The notes under the pieces: generated by a model | Told to the model about the DNA's origin: nothing | Database searches by the model: none | Seen by the model: only the letters and a program-made list of their open reading frames with translations | Part shown: in pieces, positions 32,967-60,855 of the stretch | Numbering within the stretch: the first letter of the stretch is position 1 | Layout: every line of letters starts with the position of its first letter | Origin: Schmidtea polychroa | Lineage: Eukaryota | Reading direction: 5' to 3' | NCBI GenBank assembly: GCA_044892525.1 | Contig: CM097885.1 | Span: 23,438,001-23,502,000 of the forward strand | DNA length: 64,000 nt | Translations under genes and position numbers: made by a program

Positions 32967-35669
32967 TAATTAAACATACATTCATTATTTATTCAAAAAT
33001 CATGTCTCTGCTGTTCCAGTATTCAAAAGATTATTGAAGATTTATAATGCACTTAGAAGAAAAGAACTAGAAATTTGTTTTCTTGAGATTTGTCTAGAAG
33101 AAAAGATGATTCCTTCGTTCATTTTTAAAATGAAACTTAGTGATTGTCTTTCAAGTAAAGATGTGCAAATAATATATAAAAGAACGTTAAGAAGAATGTT
33201 GGAATCAGAGAAGATAAGGAGAACATCCTTGGATAAAAAAACTATTAAATATTGGATTTACTTTGAATCAAATAACAAATGAGTTTTGTTTGCAGGTATG
33301 TGTTGAATGGTGTATTAAAAATTCAATTTCTCAGTTAAAATCAAAATAGAATGCTCATATTAATAAATTAAAAAATTTGAGAAAATTATTTGGGATCTCT
33401 AAATTTAGTGTAGAGAATACATTAATAAACATGAGTAAAGTTGTTTTGTCTGAAGAAGAGGATCGTATTTTGAAATTTGGTCCCAATCATTCCATTAAGA
33501 AAAGAATTGATGAAACAAAATTATGTGCTAAGATTGAAAGTTTATACTTTCATATACTTAGATCGATGAAAGATATTAATACTAATTATGTGAAGAGTGT
33601 TGAGTTCGAGTACGATGGAGTATATTGAGAAAAATAAAAAGCAGAATATTAAAGATTTTACTGTATTAATAAATTTAGCTAAAGAAGACATCAATATATG
33701 CAAGTTTGACAAAGGAAATGGATTGGTAATTCTCGACCATGATGTATATGTGAATAAGCTTAATGATGTTTTGAATCCTCCTCAGTTTGTGAAAGTAGAG
33801 ATTTCTCGAAAAAATGGAATACAGCCTCCTCTTAAGGATGAGAATTTGTTAAAAGAGATACTGAATAAATTAATTAAAAAAAAGGAAATTGATGAAGAGT
33901 TGTTTAAATCTATTCGCCCAATGGGATCACAACCAGCAAAAATGTATGGGCTTCCAAAAATCCATAAAGATGGCGTGCCTATGAGACCTGTTTTATCCAT
34001 TATTGGCACCCCCAGTATAAAATAGCCAAATTTTTGGATGGATTATTGAAACCATTAATACGATCAGAAATTGAATGTAAAGATTGTTTTGAATTTGTTT
34101 CGTGCATTGCACAATATGATAGACAAAGTGTGGATGAAATTATGGTTTCGTTTGATGTTTGTAGTCTGTTTACTAATGTACCATTGGTTTAAACAATAGA
34201 ATTATGTTGCTTGTTATGGAATGAAAATATTTCTGAACATCATATTTTGGAAGGAAGAGCATTTCGTGAACTTTTTGCATTTGCTACTTCGAAAATCAAT
34301 TTTCTTTTCAATAATGAATGGTATCAACAAATAGATGGAGTTGCTATGGGTTCTCCTTTAGCAGCAACAATGGCTTCAATTTTTTTAGCAAGCTTAAAAA
34401 AAATTGCATTTTTCAATGTATGAAACCCACTGTTTATAAACGGTATGTGAATGATATTTTTCTTATATTTGAAAATCAGAGGCATGTTGATCCGTTTTTG
34501 CATTATATGAATAGTCTACATAAAAACATTGTATTCACATGTGAAACGGAGAAAAGATCATCACTTGCTTTCTTGGATCTGTTAATACAACGCAAAGAGA
34601 AACACTATGAGACAGAGATTTATAGAAAACCAACTGATACTGGTCTCTATACTTCTTCCGAAAGTTTTTGTCAATTCAAGTATAAAAGAAATATGGTGAA
34701 GGCGTTGATTTATCGTGCATGGTCTTTGTCTTCTACTTTTAAAAATTCAGTAAAAAGTGTTGACGTATTGGTTGAATTGTTAATGAAGAACGGTTATTCA
34801 AAATCCTTTTTATTAATTATGGTAAAAGACACTGTTGACAAATTTATTAAAAATCATAAGGGTCCATGTTTGAGAAATTCTGGGTGTGATGTTTGTGAGA
34901 TGTGTGAGTCTGATGAGTCAAATAAACTAAATAGTGTGAGCAAGGACGATGACCCTAAATTGGTGTTAGTATGGCCGTACTCAGAACGTTTTAAGGATTA
35001 TAAAGTGAAGATAAGAAAGCAGTTAGGGAATTTAAACTATAGGATAGTGTCAACTTCATGGAAAGTACGCAATATGTTTATTAATAAGTCAAAAACTCCG
35101 GTCGAATTTTGTTCCGATTTCGTTTATCAGTTTACATGTAATGGTGTAATGCCACAAACATTGGAGAGACTTCCCGTCATCTCTGTATTCGAGCTCGAGA
35201 ACATTGTAGACCGAAGGCTTTGACCCATATTAGTGAGCACAATAAGGGCTGTAAGATTAAAATAGGTATGTCTGATTTTAAAATTTTATTAAAAAATTTC
35301 GATAATTATTGGGAATGTGTGATTTGTGAAGCGTTGTTGATAAAGTCATTGCATCCAAAAATTAATGTGCAGAATGCAGTGAATACTTGTATTTTAAATA
35401 TTTTTAAATATTTTTTTTCTTGTATATTGTATGTATTGATTGTTGTGTTAAATTAAATAATTAATAAAATTTTTTAAATTAATAAATTAAATTTTGAATG
35501 TTTAAAATTTTTTAAAATAATTAAATGTTTTAATTAAATAAAAATTTTTTTATATAATTAATAAATTTGTTTAAAATCATAAATATACATAATTATTATA
35601 TCCCACCTGATGATGACAGGAAAACTGTCGAAATATATCGTGAAAAGAATGTTTGATTGGCGTTGTACT

Positions 35670-35670
<1 letters not shown>
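32967..35670 (+). mobile_element. Penelope-like retroelement (RT + GIY-YIG endonuclease), inactivated
   Basis: MYGLPKIHK..PMRPV, SFDVCSLFTNVP, QIDGVAMGSPL, RYVND (YVDD mutated), FLDL, YRKPT, and GIY-YIG VYQFTC..NIGETSR..IRAREH, spread over many frameshifts. (TAA)n on both sides. Confidence 0.93.
35601..35645 (+). ncRNA. Minimal type I hammerhead ribozyme at the 3' end of the Penelope-like element
   Basis: CAC-CUGAUGA-U-GACAG(GAAAA)CUGUC-GAAA-UAUA-UC-GUG: intact core, 5-bp stem II, palindromic AUAUAU stem III, 3-bp stem I. Confidence 0.8.
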
Positions 35671-35745
<75 letters not shown>

Positions 35746-36136
35746 CAATAAAATGATAATTTAAGCCTTTTGCTGCAAATAATGTATTTAATGAAAGAAT
35801 TTTCGACTATACGATAGTCCTTGTCAATCTCCTGGAATTTAGCAATGTTCTTCCCCAAAATACCCTTCAATCTTTCTTTTATTTCCTTTCTCTTAATTCT
35901 CATTGGTTGTAAATATAATGAATTGTTTTACTAAAAACTTTTAAAATTTTTACATTTAAAATTTCAAAATGACACAAACTAAAAATTTTTAAATTTTTTA
36001 CAGCTTCTATAATTAGCTTCTAGAAGCCTAATAAAATATTTGAAAATATTTTAAATAAAGCCTCCAATAACTACTTATATATGCTATAAAGTGTAATTTG
36101 CAATTTTTCTAGTTCTTACATTCATTTTATCTTAAA

Positions 36137-36612
36137 CTAGCCGTTGTACCTTTGCCTGAGTTTACATTTATTATAATAATTCATTTAAATTCCATGTTTA
36201 ATTCACAATAAGAAAAGCTTTCAAAATAAATTTCAATTTGTAAAATGGAAAACGCACTCCAATTTAAATCGAAAATAACTGGCAATATTTTTTTAATTGC
36301 AAACTGGTTGACTAATCAAATAAAATTCAAATTCTCCATGTTTGAATTCTGCTTTGAAAACTTTTGACTAAATTATATTACTTTCAACTGCAAGTAGCAA
36401 GCATATAATAAATTATTATTTATATGGTAAATTGCTGACCGGACAGACTAAAAAACCGACTAAGTGTACTCTGAAGCTGTTACCTGAGGGTGAAACATTG
36501 TCTATGACCTGTCCTAAGTCAAATGAGGACCACATGCAAAATTTTAGCACCTTAGGTACAACGGTGGGGAATTCTATAGAAAACAAACAAACTTTCATCT
36601 TTATATATTAGA
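36137..36612 (-). mobile_element. Non-autonomous Helitron
   Basis: Minus strand begins A|TCTAATATATAAAGATGAAAGTTTGTTTG and ends CGGCTAG|T (AT target, no TSD); the 3' hairpin is degenerate. Confidence 0.7.
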
Positions 36613-37698
36613 TGGACGAGACTTCGAGTCGGTTAACCGATTGTAAAATGTGATTTTGTTACTTCATAACCTCTGGTATCGTTTTACTCAAGATAAATTG
36701 CAAACCATTGAAGTTATATTGGTCGTGATATTAAAACCAAGATCGATCAGTCTACTTACACAATGTCGATTAATGTTTCGAGATTAAGTCAAACAAAACA
36801 TTTCACCCTCAGTTTACAGCTTTTCTTCGTTCATTGTCATCTTACATAAATTTGTCAATTGTTTGAGTCATTTTGCATTTTATTCGATCACCTCACATAG
36901 GTCATTGGACATTATGAAGCTCAGAAATGTGTTAGAAGTCGAATTAAACAAATTTACTCGCCTCAATAACTCAATGAACATGTAACCCATGTGACGAGCC
37001 CTTAGTGTTATGTATCCACCCTTCCACCCTCCACTATGCATTCGTCCACTGTGGACACAAGAACTTACATTGTTAACTGTGCAACTGGGCTGATTCACTC
37101 CTCATAAGTCAAAGATATATTCCATTTTTTTTACTTGCGTGTGTTTTGGCTATTGACCGAAAAATGTTGCACTGTTTAGAGATTTTAGACCTACAAAAAT
37201 GATTCCGTTCTTAAAACAAAAAAGTAACTAAAATTCTTGAATTGCACTACTAAAATCATTACATCAATCATTACATCAATACAAAAAAATTCCTTACTTC
37301 CCAAAGTCGTACAAAAATTTTCAAAAAATTTTGACATCAAATTATGACTAAAATGCGTCTGCATATATACCCTGATTTCTATGTGCAAGTAAGCGTGCGT
37401 GCTTTGATGCAGTAAAACAAATTCGAATTCTTTACATTTAATTTATTTTTTGATTCGATTTTCATTAATTTTAATGGCTAATTTTTATTATTTATTTTAT
37501 TTTCCAATGTTTATGTTTTGTATTTTTTATAGTTTTTGTTAGTTTCGGCGCCATGTTGGATCTCACCATCTTTCTAGCATTTCTATCGATTTTTACAGTT
37601 TTTATTATAATTTTAATTTATTCTTTACTAGGTTGTTCTAAGGCGCTCCTCCATCAAATTTTTGCTTTTATCCGTTTCATAAAATAATTGAATAAAAA

Positions 37699-40600
37699 CA
37701 GGCGCGCATTATCCCATAGGCACAGTAGGCACAGTGCCTAGGGCCTACGAATATTAAATGGCCTACGAAAATATGTATTTATACTTACGAAAAATGTATG
37801 AAAAAAAAATTGATTTAATTCATAATAATTAAAAATTTATTTTCAAAAAAATATAAAAAAATAACATTAATTTAGTAAACAATTTATTCAATTATTATCT
37901 AAAATAACTTTTCTGCATTTTTTATTTGCGAATTCGACAATAACCTCATCGAAACTAATCTCTCGCATTAAATCACTTTCAATAGATAAAAGTGTTAGTG
38001 CTGACAATCGTTCCTGCCCCATAGTTGATCGGAGACAATTTTTAATTCTTTTAAGCTTTGAAAAACTACGTTCCCCTTCCGCATTCGTACCAAATATTGA
38101 TAAATAAATTCGTAACACAATATTTACATTGGGAAAACTGGTAACTAATTTATCATTTATTTGTGCAACTAACATTTCGTTCACTGATTTTTTATCTCCA
38201 TACATTCGTGAAAATAATAAAAACTCGTCACAAAATGCATCTTCAACATCTGAAGAATATATTTGCACTAACTTGTTTGCTTTCGAAACTATTTCATCAT
38301 TTGTCAAAGTTCTGTCCACTAAAAAATTAAACCTTTCATATAACATTCCGTATGCTTCAAGACGTTTACGCATCTCAATAATAAGTTTATCTACTATTAT
38401 ATAAAAAGATTCAATACGAAATTTGTTACTTGCACTCAGGCTCAAACTAGGATCGGTGTTGTCTAAAACTTCGTCAAAAAATCTATTTCTTATTCGTTTA
38501 CGTTGTGTATGTTGTTTATATTCGGAAGTTGTAAGTTTTTTTGCCATGGTTTCAAATTTATCAAACTCTATACGAATACCATGAAAGTAAGCTATGAGAG
38601 TTTTAAATAATTTGACAATGGTACATAATTCTATGCCAGTCTCCTGCAGAGCTTTATTGACAATATTAATATTTTGCAATAAATCATTCCAAATAACACA
38701 CATCAATGCTGTTTCAAAATTGTTCAGGTTTTTTATTAAAGATTTAGCTTCCTGCACAGCCACTGCAGGCTGACGTTCGCTTTCAGTTATTTCAAACAAT
38801 GCTTTTTGAATTTCTGAATAATTCATGAATAGAGCTTTAGTAGCATCATGTCGTACAGACCATCTGGTTTCTGATAAATTTTTTACAACACAAGTATTTT
38901 CTTTCATATTGTCTTTAAATTTGGACCATCTCTGTGGTGAAGCGGAAAAAAAAGTATATATTGCTTCTAAAATTCCAAAAAACTTTACTGCTTCCAGGCA
39001 ACACTCCACAGCAGTTGAACCCACCAAATTAAGACTATGTGCAGCACATGGAACCCATTCCGCCAGTTTATTTATTTCTCTAAATCTAGCTTGTACACCT
39101 GTATATATGCCGCTCATATTACTGGCGTTATCATATGATTGGGACCTGCAATTTCCAATACTTATGTTATGATGTTCCAAAGTATGTCGTATAATGTCGA
39201 ATAAATATTTTCCATCGTGTTGTTCAATTGCAATAAATTTTAAAAATCGTTCAACCACATTTCCACATTTAAGGACATACCGAATTATCACGGTAATCTG
39301 GTCCATATGACTAATATCAGGAGTTGAATCAATGCTGATTCCATAATATTTCGCTTCTTTAATTTCAGATATTATCTGCGTTGTTACCTTGGATTCTAGT
39401 ATACCAATAAATTCTTCACATATAATATTAGATAAATAGGAAACATTTCCTCTTCCAGGATTTCCATGTCTTCGAATATGCTCCTTTAAAAAAGGATCAA
39501 ATTCGGCTATAAGATCGATACAACCAAGATAATTTCCATTATTAGAACAATTATGAATTTCATTATTCCCACGGAATGGCAAACCTCTTTCAGATAGAAA
39601 TTTTATTACGGCAACTATTCTCTTTAAAACTTCAATCCAGTATTTACATAATTTATCTTTCTCTTTCTGTAGTTCTACATCAATTTTACTGTTCTTCTGT
39701 AATTGAAACATAGCTGATACTGCGTCAAGATGATCTTTTGATTTTTCATGTGATGTAATCCTGGACATTGCATTTTTCCAATCATCAAATCCAATTTTAA
39801 ATTGATTGAGAATTACGTTCACGTTTACTCTAGGGAAAAGCTTGCAGATATAACAATGTACTGTTCCAGTTGATGGAGAATATATAAGCCAGTCTCTTTC
39901 GATTGTTTCCCCATTTGTTAATTTCCTGATAAAATATTCTTTACGTGGATATCTGGTTTTGTCTCCATATTTTCTACCCTTCAAGAGAAAATTGAAATCT
40001 ATATTTTGCGAAGGCTTATTTTCAGAAAAATAATTTATGAGATCAGCAGTAATATCCCAATTAGCTGGATCATTATTATATTTTAAGTTTAAATTAACTT
40101 TTGATATTTCATTAGATATTTCTATTATATTATCCTCTAAAGATATAATTATTTCGGCAGAAGTTTGACCTTCTACTACCTCTGTCTCACCTGTATACGT
40201 GCCCTGTTTATCAGTACTAATATCTTCTGTACCACTACTACCACATGATAATTGTTCTGAAGTTTTATTTTGATTTTGGTTTTCTGGTCCAATAAATTCG
40301 TTTACATTTGTAGAACAGCTTTCATTATTTCCTCTTGTTGCTGTTATATATTTGAGTAGTGAACCTTTCATGTTTTTCAATGCTTCTTCTTTGACAATTT
40401 TCTTTTTACGCTTTTCTGAGCCTGACTCATGTTTTCTCTTATATCCGTCAGACATTTCTTTAAATTTTAAACTGGCTAAACTAAATATAATTTTTATAGT
40501 TAGAGGAAAATATTTAATATTATGTATACTTACTTCAAGAATTTCAGTTCTATGAACAATATACTTAATCTACACTTTTATAGATTTTATATAGAGATGC

Positions 40601-41104
40601 TTGTTTTTATTATTGTTAATACAACTGGAACTTTTTAATATATGTACTTCAATTAGAATTCCTTTTGATACAAATCACTTGTTTTTTGATTTACTATTAA
40701 ATAATTTATATTTGGAATTACATATATATTAATATTTTTATTAAATTATTATATATTTAAAAAAGAAGACTTACTTTTAAATAATTAATATTTACAGTTT
40801 ACAGAAATATTATCGTTTATAAATAACATAACTATAGATAACTTTAACAAAGAATAAACACTATTATAATTCTTAAATTTTTCTGAAAACTAATTGTAAA
40901 AAAAGTACTACAAAAAAACAATTGCAACCATAAATCCACAGCTACTAAATACGCAAATTTAAATTCTTAAATTCTTAAATTTAAATTTTAAAAATTAACG
41001 ATATAGCTGACTTCATTAGGGATACTGTACTGACAAAAAATTATGCGAGAGGGTCTCCCAAGCTAAAAGTGCCTAGGGCCTACGAAGATGTTAATTCGGG
41101 TCTG
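37699..41104 (-). mobile_element. Full-length hAT transposon (Tip100/ZMYM1-like)
   Basis: Ends CAGGCGCGCATTA / TAATTCGGGTCTG; TSD AATAAAAA; subterminal GCCTAGGGCCTACGAA at both ends. Confidence 0.92.
37888..40455 (-). CDS. hAT transposase, 855 aa, apparently intact
   Basis: TTF-type Zn finger (RDWLIYS..CYICKLF..HEKSKDH), SIDSTPD, YDNASNM, CAAH, TRW, GERSFSKLK. Confidence 0.95.
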   Translation of the reverse strand: MSDGYKRKHESGSEKRKKKIVKEEALKNMKGSLLKYITATRGNNESCSTNVNEFIGPENQNQNKTSEQLSCGSSGTEDISTDKQGTYTGETEVVEGQTSAEIIISLEDNIIEISNEISKVNLNLKYNNDPANWDITADLINYFSENKPSQNIDFNFLLKGRKYGDKTRYPRKEYFIRKLTNGETIERDWLIYSPSTGTVHCYICKLFPRVNVNVILNQFKIGFDDWKNAMSRITSHEKSKDHLDAVSAMFQLQKNSKIDVELQKEKDKLCKYWIEVLKRIVAVIKFLSERGLPFRGNNEIHNCSNNGNYLGCIDLIAEFDPFLKEHIRRHGNPGRGNVSYLSNIICEEFIGILESKVTTQIISEIKEAKYYGISIDSTPDISHMDQITVIIRYVLKCGNVVERFLKFIAIEQHDGKYLFDIIRHTLEHHNISIGNCRSQSYDNASNMSGIYTGVQARFREINKLAEWVPCAAHSLNLVGSTAVECCLEAVKFFGILEAIYTFFSASPQRWSKFKDNMKENTCVVKNLSETRWSVRHDATKALFMNYSEIQKALFEITESERQPAVAVQEAKSLIKNLNNFETALMCVIWNDLLQNINIVNKALQETGIELCTIVKLFKTLIAYFHGIRIEFDKFETMAKKLTTSEYKQHTQRKRIRNRFFDEVLDNTDPSLSLSASNKFRIESFYIIVDKLIIEMRKRLEAYGMLYERFNFLVDRTLTNDEIVSKANKLVQIYSSDVEDAFCDEFLLFSRMYGDKKSVNEMLVAQINDKLVTSFPNVNIVLRIYLSIFGTNAEGERSFSKLKRIKNCLRSTMGQERLSALTLLSIESDLMREISFDEVIVEFANKKCRKVILDNN

Positions 41105-42431
41105 AATAAAAAGAGTTTTTTGTTACTGAATTACTTTTAAACTAAAAATTTTGTTGTATTTCTTGTGAACATTCTCGTTTTACTTACCTTCAAGATTTGA
41201 TTAAGTACTCAATGCTGAATTTAACTTTTCTTTATGATGATTGATATGATTTATGGTGATGATAATGATCTGATGAAAAAATTAACTTTGTAAGTTCAGT
41301 TCCAATGGAATTTGAGCAGATTCTTACTGAATTTTATTAAATTTTCTTGTAGATCGATTTGTTGAACTTTGTAAGTTTGAATAATTTTTCACATTGAAAA
41401 GGTAATTGATATATATGATCACTTTAATCAAGTAAAATTAATATTCTTGTGTTATATTCACTTAAGCCTGTCACGCAGGTATAATAAAATCGGAAAGTGT
41501 GGAAATTATAATTGCTGTATATCCGTGGTAAATGGTCTTCATAAATGCTCCATTAAAAATTTGTAAAAAAGATTGAATTGGGAAAAAATCGTAGTAAACT
41601 TTGAGCGTTCCAGGATCACAAATAAATATACAGATAATGTTGAGAAACATATTATATATATAAATATATTATTTTCAGTAAAAATCTTTTTATTTTCAAT
41701 TCCTATTTTCTTTTATCGCTACGAATTCAGATTTGTGTTTATTATATTTATTTATGTTTAATTTTTCAATTTACTTGATTTTTATGCTTCCTCATTATGA
41801 TGTAATGTTCTCTCCTTTTATCGTCGATACTTGATTTTTTTTATGTTTCGATTTTAAGTCAACTTCAGGCGCATTTATATCTCAATTCTTTATTCATTTT
41901 GGGTCAAAAATCAGTTTATGTCTAATATTTCTTTTCTTTTTGAGTTGGCAGATTTTTCGAATGCGTTGTTTATTCATTAATTATTTTTGGTGTTTGTAAC
42001 TTTTTGCGTTTATCATTTTTATAATACTTGTTTATTTGTCCTCACGGTGCTGTGCACTTTACTTTGTATTATTTGATGTATATTTCCGACGCTTTTAAAC
42101 AAGCTCTGAATTCTTCGGGTCTACCGCAACATTAAATTGAAAAATAAATGGTATTTACTGGTCACATAAAATTTCATTTAATCAGCAGTTCAGAAGAGTT
42201 AATTAGTAAAGAAGTTGACATACAGGTGCAAATAAAATGAAATTCAAAGAGTAAAAAACAGATCAAAGGTGAACAAAAGAGAAAAGGTTTCACCAATATT
42301 TATATTAAATTAGAAATAAAAGCAATAATAATTATACTATATCCATCTATAAATTCTTAATGAAAATGATCAGAAACAAAATAATAGTTTAAAAGTTTAA
42401 AATATAAACTTTCAATAAAAAAATAGTAAAA

Positions 42432-58172
<15,741 letters not shown>

Positions 58173-58239
58173 CTGGAATTATAAAGATTTCTTAATATAT
58201 TTATCTGTTTTTAAAATGCATTTTGCATATATCTATCTA

Positions 58240-58449
<210 letters not shown>

Positions 58450-60615
58450 AAATATATATTTAAAAAAATAAATTCTGCAGTAAGTAATTGATATTCCTTT
58501 ATCGGTCTCTGTAACTCGATGATGACCACTATTATTGGTACTCTTATTATAATTAAACCCTTTCCCCATCCCATTTATCTGTATATCCACAATTTGTATT
58601 CCATTATCAGACAACGCATAGATGTTATTTACAAATAAAAATTATTAAACAACATTTGAATGTAGAAATTATTTAACAATGAATACAATTGAAAATGTTT
58701 ATTTTATATTAACATATGGAACTTTGTTAGGTTTCATTACAAATTAAAACATGATTGAAATGTAAAAAGTCCTTAAAATAAATATTATGGTTTTCATGCA
58801 GAAATTGACTGGAGAATTTCACAATTTAAATGACAATATATCAAAACCATTTGACATCCTAGAACCTAGGCCAACAAGAGAAAGAATATACAAAAAGAAA
58901 CAATTAGATTCTGGCAGTTTAAATCTCAAAAATGTAAAAAAGACGATTTAAATAAAATAATATAAAATTCCATCACATGTTCTTCAATTAAATAAATGTA
59001 TAAAAAGTGATTTAAATTATTTTGAACATAAGCACGAATAAATTTTTATTTCTTAAATTCTATTTTATCTTAATAATAATAATAATTAATAATATCATAA
59101 AATTAATTATATTATACTATTTACAATAACAAGTAACAAATAAAAATGGGACATAAAAAAGTTCTACCGAAATTTTTACAGTGATTCCCATCAGTATTAT
59201 GGTTTGAAAAACGATTATACTTATATAAAGATTGCCTTCTTTCCACTAAATGTACTACACAACATCCTTGAAATAAACGCAAATCTCTGAGGTAAACAAA
59301 CTTTGTACACAAATAAACAAAACAAATATTCAAAACAAAGCTAAAATATCCGATTGGTAGATTAAATAATAACAATTACATTTCCTCTTATTAACATTTG
59401 CACTTTTGCTATTTACAACACAATAATTGTCAATGAAGCGCCATATTAAAATAAATATAAATGATGCTTACCAATTTTATTAATAAATTAAATTTTAATA
59501 ATTTTACGATTGAAATTAAAGACATTAGAAATGCGTAACAATTTGTAAGCATACGTATATATTGCGATCGTTTAAATATAAATTAAAATGTTATATTTGT
59601 ACACGGAATACGCAATTAATGTTCTAAAATGACTAGAAAAGTTTATAAGATTATTGGCATTATAATGGTTGCAAGTGACTATCACAACCGAAATTCACTC
59701 ATGGAAAACAAGAACAGATATATAAATAAATTTATATTTCAGTAATAGTGTTACAGAAGGACTGGCAGAAAAAAATAAGAATTAGAAATGTTGTTAATAT
59801 AACTACTATTAGCACTTGTCATGACACTGTTGTATTGCGGCTTAAAAAATAATATTAAAACTACTCTGAAGTACTTCCTAAACATCTTTAATTATTCCGC
59901 ATACTTTGACTTAATATCCTATTAAAGCTTAATTAATTAATTCATTTTAATGTAGAATTAAATTAAAAGTCCATTAGAAACTATATGATTTCTAAAATTG
60001 TTACTAATACTCAGTGCCGTATTTACCATTACGCCAACAAGGCCCCGATATAGGGGTAACAAAAGTAGGAATAAAAATTGTACATAGTAAATGACGTGAC
60101 AAGCCACGAGTGGAGTTAGTGCGCTGTGCATGTACAAAGCTAAATCAGCATTCAATAAACGATAGACCTTTGGATTGAAGTATTAATATTAATATCATCA
60201 ATAATTATAATAACATTACCGGCATATATTGAATGTTTATGATGAAAGATTGCGGCAGCAAGCGTTGTAACTTGTACAAATAAAGACTAAGGAAGAAAAT
60301 TCAAGAAATGTTTAATCATTATGCCATTAAAGTTTAAACTAATAAACTCAATAAGTTACTAATACTTTAATTACTTTCATTTTTTAATAAAAACTGACTT
60401 TAATAGAAACAACATTATAGGGAAATTAATTGGTTGGTAATAAATAATGATAACCCCCGATATACTTCATTAATGTATTCTACTTGTCGGTGCTGTCAAT
60501 TGATTCCAAAAACATGTCTTTCATGATAGCCTTAACCTACATTAATCGCTTATCGTATTCAAAACCCTTTTGTTACCATGTCTGAAAATTCCAATATTAA
60601 AGGAAAACTATAAAC

Positions 60616-60855
60616 CAGTGCCTCTCATCATGCTATGTTATATGTCCCCAACAATAGAGTTTAAAAGTCAAATTGCCTCAGAATTTTTTCGATAAAGAAA
60701 GAGAAAAGAATCAAAATTTGTTTATAACTGGTTCATAATATACATAAAATACGACGTATATACTTGAGAAAAATTATGATTTATCAAATTTTAAAAATCC
60801 ATTAATTTCGAAATTGCCCCAACTGTGGCCCTAGATTCCCAGATGAGAAGCACTG
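60616..60855. mobile_element. hAT (Charlie-like) MITE
   Basis: TIR CAGTGCCTCTCATC / GATGAGAAGCACTG; perfect TSD CTATAAAC. Confidence 0.92.
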
